Shown here: in pieces, positions 1 through 8,193 of the stretch
How positions within the stretch are numbered: position 1 is the first letter of the stretch
How the letters are laid out: each line of letters begins with the position of its first letter
Assembly: GCA_028688055.1 (NCBI GenBank)
Contig: JAQTYZ010000001.1
Coordinates: 39,866 to 103,865, forward strand
Source: Patescibacteria group bacterium
Lineage (GTDB): Bacteria > Patescibacteriota > Patescibacteriia > Buchananbacterales > UBA6539
Length of the DNA: 64,000 nucleotides
Reading direction: 5' to 3'
Program-made: the position numbers and the translations under genes
Notes under the pieces: generated by a model
The model's input: only the letters and a program-made list of their open reading frames with translations
What the model was told of the DNA's origin: nothing
Databases searched by the model: none

Positions 1-1
1 G

Positions 2-1549
2 CAGCCGGATTTTTTGCCGTCGCTGGGTACCGAAGACTCATGGTTGTTCCCAATGGAGAAAAACGCGTTTTGGGAGCCGAGCTCGCGGACAGCCGATAGT
101 CTATCCGAGGGCGCTGAACGACTAGGTTTCCGTTGTGGTCGCCAAATCACACCGGAGAACAGTTCAATCAAGAAAAACGAACCTTTTACCAGGGCAGTCT
201 TCACTGCCCTTGAGCAGCGGACAGGGGTTCTTTGTCTGCGTACCACCATTGAAGGCGTTGGATTGCATCTGGCTCATTATTTTGAGCGCGCCGCCGATCG
301 AATCCCGTATTGGGTCCATGAAGCGGTCTTTGTGAACGGTGGTGATGGTCGGAAGAATCATCCGACTCAGATCCTGCTGGATGTAGTTTGTTACACGGCA
401 TACCGTCTCGGGATGACGACGTATAACAACGCTGGTATTAAGGCGCTCGAAGTTAAACTCGCCGAAATGTCTGACGACGCTATTGGTGAATTCATCACCG
501 CGACGCTTAATGGGTTGAAAATTGCCATCGTCGGTGACGGGAAGAATAGCCGCGTGACTAACAGTTGGATTGACTTAGGTCGACTGTTTGACATCAAGTT
601 TCTTTTTGTCGCGCCGCAACCATTTCAGGTTGATCAATGGCGACTCGAAGGCGTCAAGTATTCAGTCTCAGACAAGTTGTCTGACGCCAAGGGTTGCCAT
701 ATCGTTTACACGATTCGCACGCAGATTGAACGTTTGGACAGAATTATGAGTGTCGCCGAAGCCGAGGAAGCAATTGCTTCGGTTATGATTACGCCTGAAT
801 TTCTCAGGGGCTTCAATGGCGTGATCATGGATGCCCAGCCCCTTGACGCTGAACGTCCGATTATTCATCCGTCGCTTTGGTCGGATCCTCAAGTGATTAT
901 GGATTTCCAAGCTGGTTGCGGCAGTATCACGCGTTGTGCGGTCTTCGACGAATGTTGGAGTCACCGGCACGATCACATTGAGTTGCCATCAATAGCTCAA
1001 GTCGAACCATCTAGGATCCTTGCCGCCGAATCAATCGCCGCTCATATCGAACGCGTGAAAGACAAGTGGGCTGGCGACCAGCGGAGCGTCAATCCGATCT
1101 ATAACGGAACGGTGCTCGATCGGCTTAAGGCTGGCTCCGGGTCATTGCTCGACTTATTGCTTGAGCGCGCAGGTGTCTATGGCCGTGAAGGCTCTGATTC
1201 GATCATTGCCAATCGTAAGCGTTCGACGACGTTGACTAAGAAAGACATCCTCTTTTTGGAGGATCGGTTCGTGCCATACCAAATGCTCGCGGCATTGACA
1301 ATGCTTGCCAGAGAAATGGTGGTGGTCGAGATGCGTGACGGTCAGTATCGGAAAATGTCTTTTGATTTACCACCGGCAATCGCGCAAATTTTCAACTGCC
1401 CGAATACGAATTGTATCACGCGCAACGATCCGGAAGCGGAAACATTTTTCCGCGTTAACGCTGGTGAAGTGCCGTCCTTTGACTGTGTGTACTGTCGTGA
1501 CCGCTTTAGCGCATCGCAAATGCGGAAGAGTCTCGCGTTGACACATTAG
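2..1549 (+). CDS. pyrB: Aspartate carbamoyltransferase (ATCase), catalytic PyrB domain fused in frame to a regulatory PyrI-like C-terminal domain. The 5' end is cut by the window edge.
   Basis: The catalytic domain carries the ATCase/OTCase motifs SSRTA (a STRTR-like carbamoyl-phosphate site), HPTQILLD, IRTQIERLD (RxQxER) and HPSL (HPLP-like). The C-terminal ~150 aa resemble PyrI: GTVLDRLKAG matches GTVIDHIP, and there are two Cys pairs, CPNTNC...CVYC, in a Zn-ribbon arrangement. The reading frame stays open to position 2, and the track start at 14 is a TTG. GC is about 50-52%, well above the rest of the window. Confidence 0.65.
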   Translation, partial: QPDFLPSLGTEDSWLFPMEKNAFWEPSSRTADSLSEGAERLGFRCGRQITPENSSIKKNEPFTRAVFTALEQRTGVLCLRTTIEGVGLHLAHYFERAADRIPYWVHEAVFVNGGDGRKNHPTQILLDVVCYTAYRLGMTTYNNAGIKALEVKLAEMSDDAIGEFITATLNGLKIAIVGDGKNSRVTNSWIDLGRLFDIKFLFVAPQPFQVDQWRLEGVKYSVSDKLSDAKGCHIVYTIRTQIERLDRIMSVAEAEEAIASVMITPEFLRGFNGVIMDAQPLDAERPIIHPSLWSDPQVIMDFQAGCGSITRCAVFDECWSHRHDHIELPSIAQVEPSRILAAESIAAHIERVKDKWAGDQRSVNPIYNGTVLDRLKAGSGSLLDLLLERAGVYGREGSDSIIANRKRSTTLTKKDILFLEDRFVPYQMLAALTMLAREMVVVEMRDGQYRKMSFDLPPAIAQIFNCPNTNCITRNDPEAETFFRVNAGEVPSFDCVYCRDRFSASQMRKSLALTH

Positions 1550-1571
1550 CAATCCGCACCTTGGTTAATCG

Positions 1572-1614
1572 CCGCTCTATCATCCCTTGGGACTTGAGGA
1601 GCGGTTATTTTTTT
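1572..1614 (+). terminator. Candidate rho-independent terminator after pyrB-pyrI
   Basis: A 6-bp stem ccgctc/gagcgg with a large loop is followed directly by ttattttttt, starting about 23 nt after the stop codon. Coordinates are approximate. Confidence 0.45.
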
Positions 1615-2024
1615 AAAAAAAAGAGAGCGCATCGACGTAATTGGTCTAGCGCTCTTGGTGGCGGATGGAGGGACAGTTGGTCAGGAAAAGATGGGGGAAT
1701 CCCCAACGAAGTTGAAGACGAGAGTCCCGAAAACGGGATGGCTGATGGTGCATTGGGACTTGAAAATCCCGTCTTCATGTCGGTCTTTCCAACCATTGTG
1801 TGCGCTGCTCCTCTCCGCGATTTGAATGTACTCTTCCGCCTCATGAGGCGGGACGGTTATTATGCCACCGGAATGGTGGCAAGCCTGGGCCCAACTCTCA
1901 AAGAGCTGGTCTGGGTTCAACGTCGCCGTTACTTGAGTCATCGGATTCACCTCCTTCCCGATAATTGTGATTTTGACGTTGTGGGAATTAATATACTACC
2001 GTAAAAAATTGAATTTGTCAAGAG

Positions 2025-2053
2025 TTGTCAGAGTGTTTAAAAAATTGTATGAT
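2025..2053 (+). promoter_or_regulatory. Sigma-70-like promoter upstream of aspS
   Basis: The -35 hexamer is TTGTCA, followed by a 17-nt spacer (gagtgtttaaaaaattg) and a -10 TATGAT. The -10 ends about 33 nt upstream of the aspS ATG. Confidence 0.55.
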
Positions 2054-2085
2054 ATAGACATTAATTTCGTAATTTTTTTTGTTTT

Positions 2086-3537
2086 ATGAAACGTACACCG
2101 ATTACAGAAACAGTGTCTAAAGCCGGGGAAAAGGTTCGGGTGGAAGGCTGGGTCCATACCCGTCGCGACCATGGCAAAATTATTTTTATTGATTTACGCG
2201 ATCGTTCTGGTGTCTTACAGATTGTTTTTTCACCGGAGTTCGAAAAAGCGCATATTTTAGCCAATAATTTGCGTTCAGAGTTTGTTATTGCCGTCGAAGG
2301 CACGGTTAATAAGCGCCCGGAAAAAATGGTCAACGACAAAATTGCCACTGGTACCGTTGAGATGGTTGGTGAAAATTTGGAAATATTAAACGAAGCAAAA
2401 ACCCCGCCGTTTGAAATTGATTCGCCAACGGCCGCCGGTGATGAAATTCGGATGAAATATCGTTATTTGGATTTACGCCGTGAGCGCATGAAAAATAATA
2501 TGATGATGCGGCACAAAGTAATTAAATTTGTCCGTGATTATTTCGATGCGAAAAATTTTTGGGAAATTGAAACTCCGGTTTTAACCAAAGGCACACCGGA
2601 AGGTGCGCGCGAATTTATCGTGCCCGCTCGACATTGGCCGGGAAAGTTTTATGTTTTACCGCAGTCGCCGCAACAGTTCAAGCAATTATTGATGGTGTCT
2701 GGTATTGAAAAATATTTTCAAATTGCCCGATGTTTCCGTGATGAAGATCAGCGCGGTGATCGGCAAGCGGAGTTTACGCAAATTGACGTGGAATTGAGTT
2801 TTGTTGATCAGGAAGATATTTTTGTCTTGGTTGAGGAGTTGATGATTGAAATGATTGAGAAGCTGTATCCCAACAAAAAAATTGCTACCAAACCTTTTCC
2901 GCGTTTAACGTATGCGGAAGCGATGGCAAAATATCAATCCGATAAACCGGACCTCAGAACCAACAAAGATGATCCCGACGAACTCGCTTTCTGCTGGGTT
3001 GTTGATATGCCAATGTTTGATCATTCAGCCAGTGAGAAAAAAACGGTCGCCATTCATCATCCGTTCACGATGCCTAATGCCGAAGATATGGCAAAATATC
3101 CTGATGAACCGCTGCAGTGGCGCGCTTATGCTTATGACTTGGCTTTGAATGGCAGCGAAATTTGGGGCGGCTCTCTTAGAATTCATCGCGAGGGTATTCA
3201 GAAAAAAGTTTTTGCCATTTTAGGTTTATCGGAAGACGAAACTCAACGCCGGTTTGGTCATATGCTGGAAGCCTTTACTTACGGCGCTCCGCCTCACGGC
3301 GGCATCGCCGCCGGGCTTGATCGCATTGTGACGATTTTGCAAAACGAACCAAGTATTCGCGAAGTTATTGCTTTTCCAAAAACTGGCGATAATCGCGACT
3401 TAATGATGGGAGCACCAAATATCGTCGGCGTTAAAGCCTTGACCGAGGCTCATATTAAATTAGCCGACGAAGTTATTGCTAAAGCCAAAGAGCAAGGTGA
3501 AACCGTCGCCGGTTCCGATACCAGTTTAGTTGATTGA
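2086..3537 (+). CDS. aspS: Aspartyl-tRNA synthetase, bacterial type but short (483 aa). The GAD insertion domain appears to be missing.
   Basis: It has an N-terminal OB fold, class II motif 2 FRDEDQRGDRQAEFTQIDVELSF, HHPFTMP, GGSLRIHR and motif 3 GGIAAGLDRIV. Motif 2 and motif 3 are only about 180 aa apart, compared with about 320 aa in E. coli AspRS. Confidence 0.85.
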   Translation: MKRTPITETVSKAGEKVRVEGWVHTRRDHGKIIFIDLRDRSGVLQIVFSPEFEKAHILANNLRSEFVIAVEGTVNKRPEKMVNDKIATGTVEMVGENLEILNEAKTPPFEIDSPTAAGDEIRMKYRYLDLRRERMKNNMMMRHKVIKFVRDYFDAKNFWEIETPVLTKGTPEGAREFIVPARHWPGKFYVLPQSPQQFKQLLMVSGIEKYFQIARCFRDEDQRGDRQAEFTQIDVELSFVDQEDIFVLVEELMIEMIEKLYPNKKIATKPFPRLTYAEAMAKYQSDKPDLRTNKDDPDELAFCWVVDMPMFDHSASEKKTVAIHHPFTMPNAEDMAKYPDEPLQWRAYAYDLALNGSEIWGGSLRIHREGIQKKVFAILGLSEDETQRRFGHMLEAFTYGAPPHGGIAAGLDRIVTILQNEPSIREVIAFPKTGDNRDLMMGAPNIVGVKALTEAHIKLADEVIAKAKEQGETVAGSDTSLVD

Positions 3538-3544
3538 TAAAATT

Positions 3545-3859
3545 ATGAAATTATCGCCGCTCCAAAAATATATCCTGATTCAAGGTATTGGGGCCAAAGA
3601 TAAAACGATTTCTAAATCAGTTTTGGAAAAGTTTTATTCAAGTAAAGCCGTAAAGCCAAACGCTAAAGATATTATTAGTATTATTACTAAAAGTGTCGAA
3701 CGATTAATAAAAAAAGAACTCATCATCGGCTATGGCTGGAAGACGCCGCAGAAATGGTATATTCGTCAAGGTAAATTAACCCCCAAAGGCATCAAGGCGG
3801 CCAAAGACCTGTTAGGAATTCAGCAAAAATTGCCCTTAAAAAATAAGTCTAAAAAATAA
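3545..3859 (+). CDS. Hypothetical basic protein
   Basis: This is an ORF from the track. The ATG at 3545 is preferred over the TTG at 3530, which overlaps the aspS stop. The C-terminus is lysine-rich and I recognised no motifs. Confidence 0.4.
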   Translation: MKLSPLQKYILIQGIGAKDKTISKSVLEKFYSSKAVKPNAKDIISIITKSVERLIKKELIIGYGWKTPQKWYIRQGKLTPKGIKAAKDLLGIQQKLPLKNKSKK

Positions 3860-3869
3860 TTTTAAATTT

Positions 3870-4469
3870 ATGGCTGTTCCAAAAAATGTCAAAAAATATT
3901 TGGACACCAAAATGGCCAAGTATGACGAGCTGTCGCATAAAACAGTTTACACGGCTTATGATGCGGCACAAACCCTGCGTCGCGAGTTAAGGGAAATTGC
4001 CAAGAGTTTGTTAATTGCCACTGATAAGGCTTACATTATTGCGGTCGTGCCGGCCCATATGCGTTTAGATTTGGGCAAATTAAAAAAAGCCTTGCAGTCC
4101 AAAAAAATATCAATTCCGGATGAGAAGGTAATGGTTAAGGTTTTTAAAGTTAAAGCCGGTGCCATGACGGCGTTTGGCGGTTTGCATAAAGTCGAAGTTT
4201 GGGTTGACCGAAGTTTGTTAAAAACGAAAGAGGTTATTTTATCGGCGGGAAATTTTACGGATTCGGTTCGGATGAAAGCTAAGGATTTTATTGAACTGGA
4301 ACAAGCGAAATTGGCAAGTTTTACTAAGAGCGGGGGATACAAATTACAAACCAAAGCTGTCACCGCGAAGAAAAAAGTAAAAAAATTAACCACCCGGAAA
4401 AAAGGTGTTAAAAAAATCGGCCAACCGAAAGTGAAAAAATCTCCAGCCGTTAAGCGTAAAAAACGCTAG
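3870..4469 (+). CDS. YbaK/ProX-family aminoacyl-tRNA trans-editing deacylase with a C-terminal polylysine tail
   Basis: AVVPAHMRLDLGKLKKAL, KAGAMTAFGG and ILSAGNFTDSVRM align with E. coli YbaK (AVTPVAGQLDLKKVAKAL, TGYLVGG, YVSGGKRGLDIEL). The last ~45 aa are KKKVKKLTTRKKGVKKIGQPKVKKSPAVKRKKR. Confidence 0.65.
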   Translation: MAVPKNVKKYLDTKMAKYDELSHKTVYTAYDAAQTLRRELREIAKSLLIATDKAYIIAVVPAHMRLDLGKLKKALQSKKISIPDEKVMVKVFKVKAGAMTAFGGLHKVEVWVDRSLLKTKEVILSAGNFTDSVRMKAKDFIELEQAKLASFTKSGGYKLQTKAVTAKKKVKKLTTRKKGVKKIGQPKVKKSPAVKRKKR

Positions 4470-4490
4470 CCATATTTTGTTAATAATATA

Positions 4491-5192
4491 ATGTATAAAG
4501 TTAAAGTCGAATTGTTTGAAGGGCCATTAGATTTATTGCTTCAATTGATTGAAGATCAGAAACTGGAAATCACTAAAGTTTCCTTATCAGTTATTACTGA
4601 GCAATATATCAAAATTTTAAATCAGTCCGAACCTGGGCAGCTCCGAGCAGAGGAGTTGGCTGATTTTTTAGTTATTGCCGCGCGCTTACTGTTAATTAAG
4701 TCAAAAGCACTGCTGCCTTTTTTGCAGTGGGGCGATGAAGATGAGGGTGAAGAATTAACACAGCAGCTAAAAATATACAAGGAATATTTGGAAGCGTCAA
4801 AGGTTATCACTGGTTTAATTAATAAAAAAAAATTTGCCTTTGCCAGACAAAAAATGTTAGTCGACAACGAGATTGAATTTGCCCCGCCGCCGAAACTCAA
4901 AGCATCCGATTTAGCCGTCTCGTTTGCGCAAATAATTCGCGCGCTTGACCCGTTTGTCAACTTGCCGTTAGAAGTCATTCGCAAGACCATCAGTATTCAG
5001 GAAAAAATTGCGTCAATTCGCGCCAAAATTTATAGCAACGCTACCACTAATTTTAGTGAAATTTTAAAAGAAGCCAAAGATCGCACGGAAGTTATTGTGA
5101 GTTTTTTGGCGTTGTTAGAATTGATTAAACAACGCGCTGTTTTTGTCAATCAGTCCAATACGTTTGACGATATTATCATTGAAAAGTTATAG
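4491..5192 (+). CDS. scpA: Segregation and condensation protein A (kleisin)
   Basis: The N-terminal FEGPLDLLLQLIEDQKLEITKVSLSVITEQY is the ScpA signature. Length is 233 aa. Confidence 0.8.
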   Translation: MYKVKVELFEGPLDLLLQLIEDQKLEITKVSLSVITEQYIKILNQSEPGQLRAEELADFLVIAARLLLIKSKALLPFLQWGDEDEGEELTQQLKIYKEYLEASKVITGLINKKKFAFARQKMLVDNEIEFAPPPKLKASDLAVSFAQIIRALDPFVNLPLEVIRKTISIQEKIASIRAKIYSNATTNFSEILKEAKDRTEVIVSFLALLELIKQRAVFVNQSNTFDDIIIEKL

Positions 5193-5208
5193 GTTTATAT
5201 TTAAAAAA

Positions 5209-5232
5209 ATAAACCCGAAATGTCAGGTTTAT
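5209..5232 (-). terminator. Candidate terminator for the minus-strand gene 5234..5794
   Basis: A hairpin ataaacc/ggtttat with loop cgaaatgtca abuts the minus-strand stop at 5234-5236. On the minus strand it is followed by a T-tract, seen as tttaaaaaaat on the plus strand. Confidence 0.45.
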
Positions 5233-5233
5233 C

Positions 5234-5794
5234 CTAGGCGTCATTTTGATCACCGTTTGGGGGTGCCACAAAGTGCAATTTAATCTGTCCGGCCTCTGGT
5301 AAATAACGATAGATCGACGCCACGGTGGCAGCTTCAACTCCGAAGTGCTGCAACCCTGATGGATCGGTGATAATCACCGTTTGTCCAGGCAAAGTCGAAA
5401 CAATGGCGCGTAGGGCAATTCCAATCTCAACCGAAAACGAGTAGTGGTCACGAGGAATCTCAAAGCCACAGGCCATAATTATGGTTTGTGTTTGAGGCTT
5501 GTATACCTCAGCGGTACCGTACACCGGCGAAAAATGGGTTACCTTGTCGCGAAGACATAATAGCTTCGCCATATCAATGTGCCTTTGACCCACGCCGCAA
5601 CGGACATGGTGGATGTTTCTCGGTAAGCACTCCATGAGCCTTACAGTCCGTTTTAATCCGAGCGGTGTTAAAGCGGGATTTGGCTCGTTGGTGGAGATAT
5701 CGGCATGCGTTACAAAATAAATTGTCCTTGACAAAGGGCTGCCCTCCAATTGGTTTTTGTTTGTCCGGCTAAAACTTATCAGCAATTGTACCAT
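5234..5794 (-). CDS. Hypothetical protein in a GC-rich insert, possibly a histidine-phosphatase (SixA-like) fold with a degenerate RHG motif.
   Basis: IYFVTHAD...PLTPLGLKRTVRL resembles the SixA N-terminus (IMRHGDA...PLT.G), but R is replaced by T and G by A. GC is about 52% against a flank of about 38%. The gene sits on the minus strand between scpA and scpB. Confidence 0.3.
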   Translation of the reverse strand: MVQLLISFSRTNKNQLEGSPLSRTIYFVTHADISTNEPNPALTPLGLKRTVRLMECLPRNIHHVRCGVGQRHIDMAKLLCLRDKVTHFSPVYGTAEVYKPQTQTIIMACGFEIPRDHYSFSVEIGIALRAIVSTLPGQTVIITDPSGLQHFGVEAATVASIYRYLPEAGQIKLHFVAPPNGDQNDA

Positions 5795-5841
5795 CAGTCA
5801 ACCCTTTATTTTTTGCTAAATTATTGATATAATCGTTAGGT

Positions 5842-6399
5842 ATGTCAAAGTTAAAATCTAAAATTGAGAGCCTGCTATTTATCACCAACCAGCCATTTTC
5901 TTTTAAAAAATTGGCTGATATTACCAAATCGGAAAAGGCTGATGTTGGGAAGGCAGTTGAAGAGTTAATGACAGAATACAATAATGACGACAAGGGAATT
6001 CAGATTCAGAAAATTGACGATAAGGTTCAGATGGTGACCTCGGGCGAAAATTCAAAGTTGGTTAAAGATTTTATTAAAGAGGAGACCACTGGCGAACTGA
6101 CCCGCGCCTCGCTGGAAACTTTAACCATTATTGCTTATCGCGGGCCGATCAATCGGGCGGAGCTGGAACAAATCAGGGGAGTTAACTGCGCGGTGATTTT
6201 ACGAAATCTTTTAATGCGCGGTTTAGTTGAAGCGGCCGAAGATAAAAAGAAAATGCAAATGTCATATAGTATCACTTTAGATTTTTTGAAATTTTTGGGA
6301 ATTAACCAACAGTCGGAACTGCCCGATTATGCTAAATTGAATTCAAGTGAAAGCTTGTCTAAAATTTTGTCGTCACAAGCTTTACCGACGGCCGAGTAA
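5842..6399 (+). CDS. scpB: Segregation and condensation protein B
   Basis: LETLTIIAYRGPINRAELEQIRGVNCAVILRNLLMRGLV is the ScpB winged-helix signature. An extended -10 (TGaTATAAT) lies 7-13 nt upstream of the ATG, so the mRNA may be leaderless or have a very short leader. Confidence 0.8.
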   Translation: MSKLKSKIESLLFITNQPFSFKKLADITKSEKADVGKAVEELMTEYNNDDKGIQIQKIDDKVQMVTSGENSKLVKDFIKEETTGELTRASLETLTIIAYRGPINRAELEQIRGVNCAVILRNLLMRGLVEAAEDKKKMQMSYSITLDFLKFLGINQQSELPDYAKLNSSESLSKILSSQALPTAE

Positions 6400-6414
6400 A
6401 AGTGGAACTCGTTT

Positions 6415-7329
6415 ATGTTAAAATTAATTACTAGTCTGATTTTAGCCGGTCTGTTTTGGGGCAGCGGCTTTAACTTTTTTAACTCAGCTTCAGTTGATAA
6501 TTCATATTTAGCTGCTGGGTCTGATTTAGTATTGGCACCGACTCGAATTGTTAATGACAGTTTCGGCCTGAAGACGACCGCTAAAAGCATTGTGGTTGTT
6601 GACAAAGCGTCAGGGGCAATTTTGTATCATAAAAATCCCCAGGCGGTTTTGCCTATTGCGTCAATTACCAAGCTCGTTAACGCGCTGGTTTTTTTAGACA
6701 CCAATCCGGATTGGGATAAAGTTGTTGAAATAAACCAAGCTGATTTAGTCGCCGGTAACCGTTGGTATTTTTTTGCGGGCGAAAAAGTCAAACTTAGTGA
6801 GGTATTTAACGTAATGTTAGTTGCTTCCGCCAATGAAGCGGCACTGACGCTGGCTCGCTATTCTGGTGTTGATGATTATGTTACCGCGATGAATAATAAG
6901 GCCGCCGCATTAGGGATGACGGCTAGCCATTTCGCTGATCCCAGTGGACTTAATGTCGAAAATGTTTCGACCGCGACTGATTTAGTTAAGCTCGCGACAA
7001 CGGCTTTTTCGAAAACGGAAATAATTAGCGCGGTCACGGCTGAAAGTTTTGATTATAAAATTATTAATAATAGTCGACGGGGGCATGCCGTTAATACCGA
7101 CAATTTATTGAATAGTTTTCTTAACGCTGACCCTTACAGTTTGGCTGGTGCAAAAACTGGCTATCTTGACGAAGCCGGCTACTGCTTGCTAACGGAAGTT
7201 AAAAATAAAAATAAGGGCACCTTAATGATTGCTATCTTGGGAGCGACCTCGCCAACCGATCGCTGGCAAGAAGCTAAGGGTTTAGTTGACTGGGTTAATA
7301 ATAATTATAACTGGCCGACTGAAAATTAA
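6415..7329 (+). CDS. dacA: D-alanyl-D-alanine carboxypeptidase (PBP5/DacA family serine peptidase)
   Basis: SITK (SxxK), SAN (SxN) and KTG motifs occur in the canonical order. There is an N-terminal membrane or signal segment. Confidence 0.75.
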   Translation: MLKLITSLILAGLFWGSGFNFFNSASVDNSYLAAGSDLVLAPTRIVNDSFGLKTTAKSIVVVDKASGAILYHKNPQAVLPIASITKLVNALVFLDTNPDWDKVVEINQADLVAGNRWYFFAGEKVKLSEVFNVMLVASANEAALTLARYSGVDDYVTAMNNKAAALGMTASHFADPSGLNVENVSTATDLVKLATTAFSKTEIISAVTAESFDYKIINNSRRGHAVNTDNLLNSFLNADPYSLAGAKTGYLDEAGYCLLTEVKNKNKGTLMIAILGATSPTDRWQEAKGLVDWVNNNYNWPTEN

Positions 7330-7393
7330 TTTGAAGTTTGGTGGTTAAAATTGTATAATAATAAAGCTTAAATTGGTTGAAACTTGATCTACT

Positions 7394-8146
7394 ATGACCG
7401 AAAAAATTTTGGTAATTGCTAATTGGAAAATGAAGCTAGGCTTGCAGGAAAGTAAAGACTTGGCTGCTGTTTATAAAAAATTAGTTAAGTCTGAGGCCGA
7501 AGTTATTGTTTGTCCTACCTTTGTCAGCTTAGACGCTGTCGGCAAGGTGTTAGCCGGTAGCGGAATAAAATTAGGCGCTCAAGATTGCTTTTGGGAAAAA
7601 TCAGGTGCCTTCACCGGCGAAGTATCGGTTAGTGAAATTAAAGAAACCGGTGCGGCATTTGTTATTATTGGTCATTCCGAACGCCGCAAGTATCTAAATG
7701 AGACCGATGAAATAGTCCATGAAAAAACGAAGCTGGCAATTTCAGCTGCGCTAACGCCGATTATTTGTGTCGGTGAGACTTTTGACCAGCGACAGCAGGG
7801 CGCCAAGGATTATGTCTTAATTAATCAGACGACTAAGGCGGTTGAAGGTTTAGAAATTGAGGCTGGGCAGCAAGTGATCATTGCCTATGAACCGGTTTGG
7901 GTCATCGGTTCCGGTCAGGCGATTGAGCCTCAAGAAGCCGAGGCCGCTCATCAAGTCATTAGGCAAAGTTTGTTTGATTTATTTAGTGCCGAAACGGTAA
8001 AAAATAATTTTAGAATTGTGTACGGCGGCAGTGTCGACGGGCAAAATGTCCATACCTTTACTTGTCTAAATAATACGTCTGGTGTTTTGGTCGGCGGTGC
8101 CAGTTTGACGATTAATGATTTTGTCGCTATTATCAAAAATGTTTAA
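7394..8146 (+). CDS. tpiA: Triosephosphate isomerase
   Basis: Motifs ANWKM, IIGHSERR and YEPVWVIGSG are present. Confidence 0.9.
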   Translation: MTEKILVIANWKMKLGLQESKDLAAVYKKLVKSEAEVIVCPTFVSLDAVGKVLAGSGIKLGAQDCFWEKSGAFTGEVSVSEIKETGAAFVIIGHSERRKYLNETDEIVHEKTKLAISAALTPIICVGETFDQRQQGAKDYVLINQTTKAVEGLEIEAGQQVIIAYEPVWVIGSGQAIEPQEAEAAHQVIRQSLFDLFSAETVKNNFRIVYGGSVDGQNVHTFTCLNNTSGVLVGGASLTINDFVAIIKNV

Positions 8147-8193
8147 TCAAGCTATTCGTCGGTGGGTGACATTAGCTTTTTAGTTTTATTAAT

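Noticed and set aside
135-976. Short ORFs on both strands inside pyrB-pyrI
   Set aside because: They are embedded in a longer conserved ORF.
1561-2004. 147-aa plus-strand ORF and the overlapping minus-strand ORFs 1605..1844 and 1681..1950
   Set aside because: They span the pyrB-pyrI terminator and a hairpin-rich GC-rich segment. Their low-complexity sequences have no recognisable motifs. GC-rich DNA generates long spurious ORFs. The region is kept only as a non-coding finding.
1615-2010. Possible tmRNA or T-box leader upstream of aspS
   Set aside because: There is no tRNA-like 3' end (GGTTCGA-TCC...CCA pairing fails). There is no T-box consensus AATTAGGGTGGNACCGCG. The aspS promoter lies downstream of this segment in AT-rich DNA.
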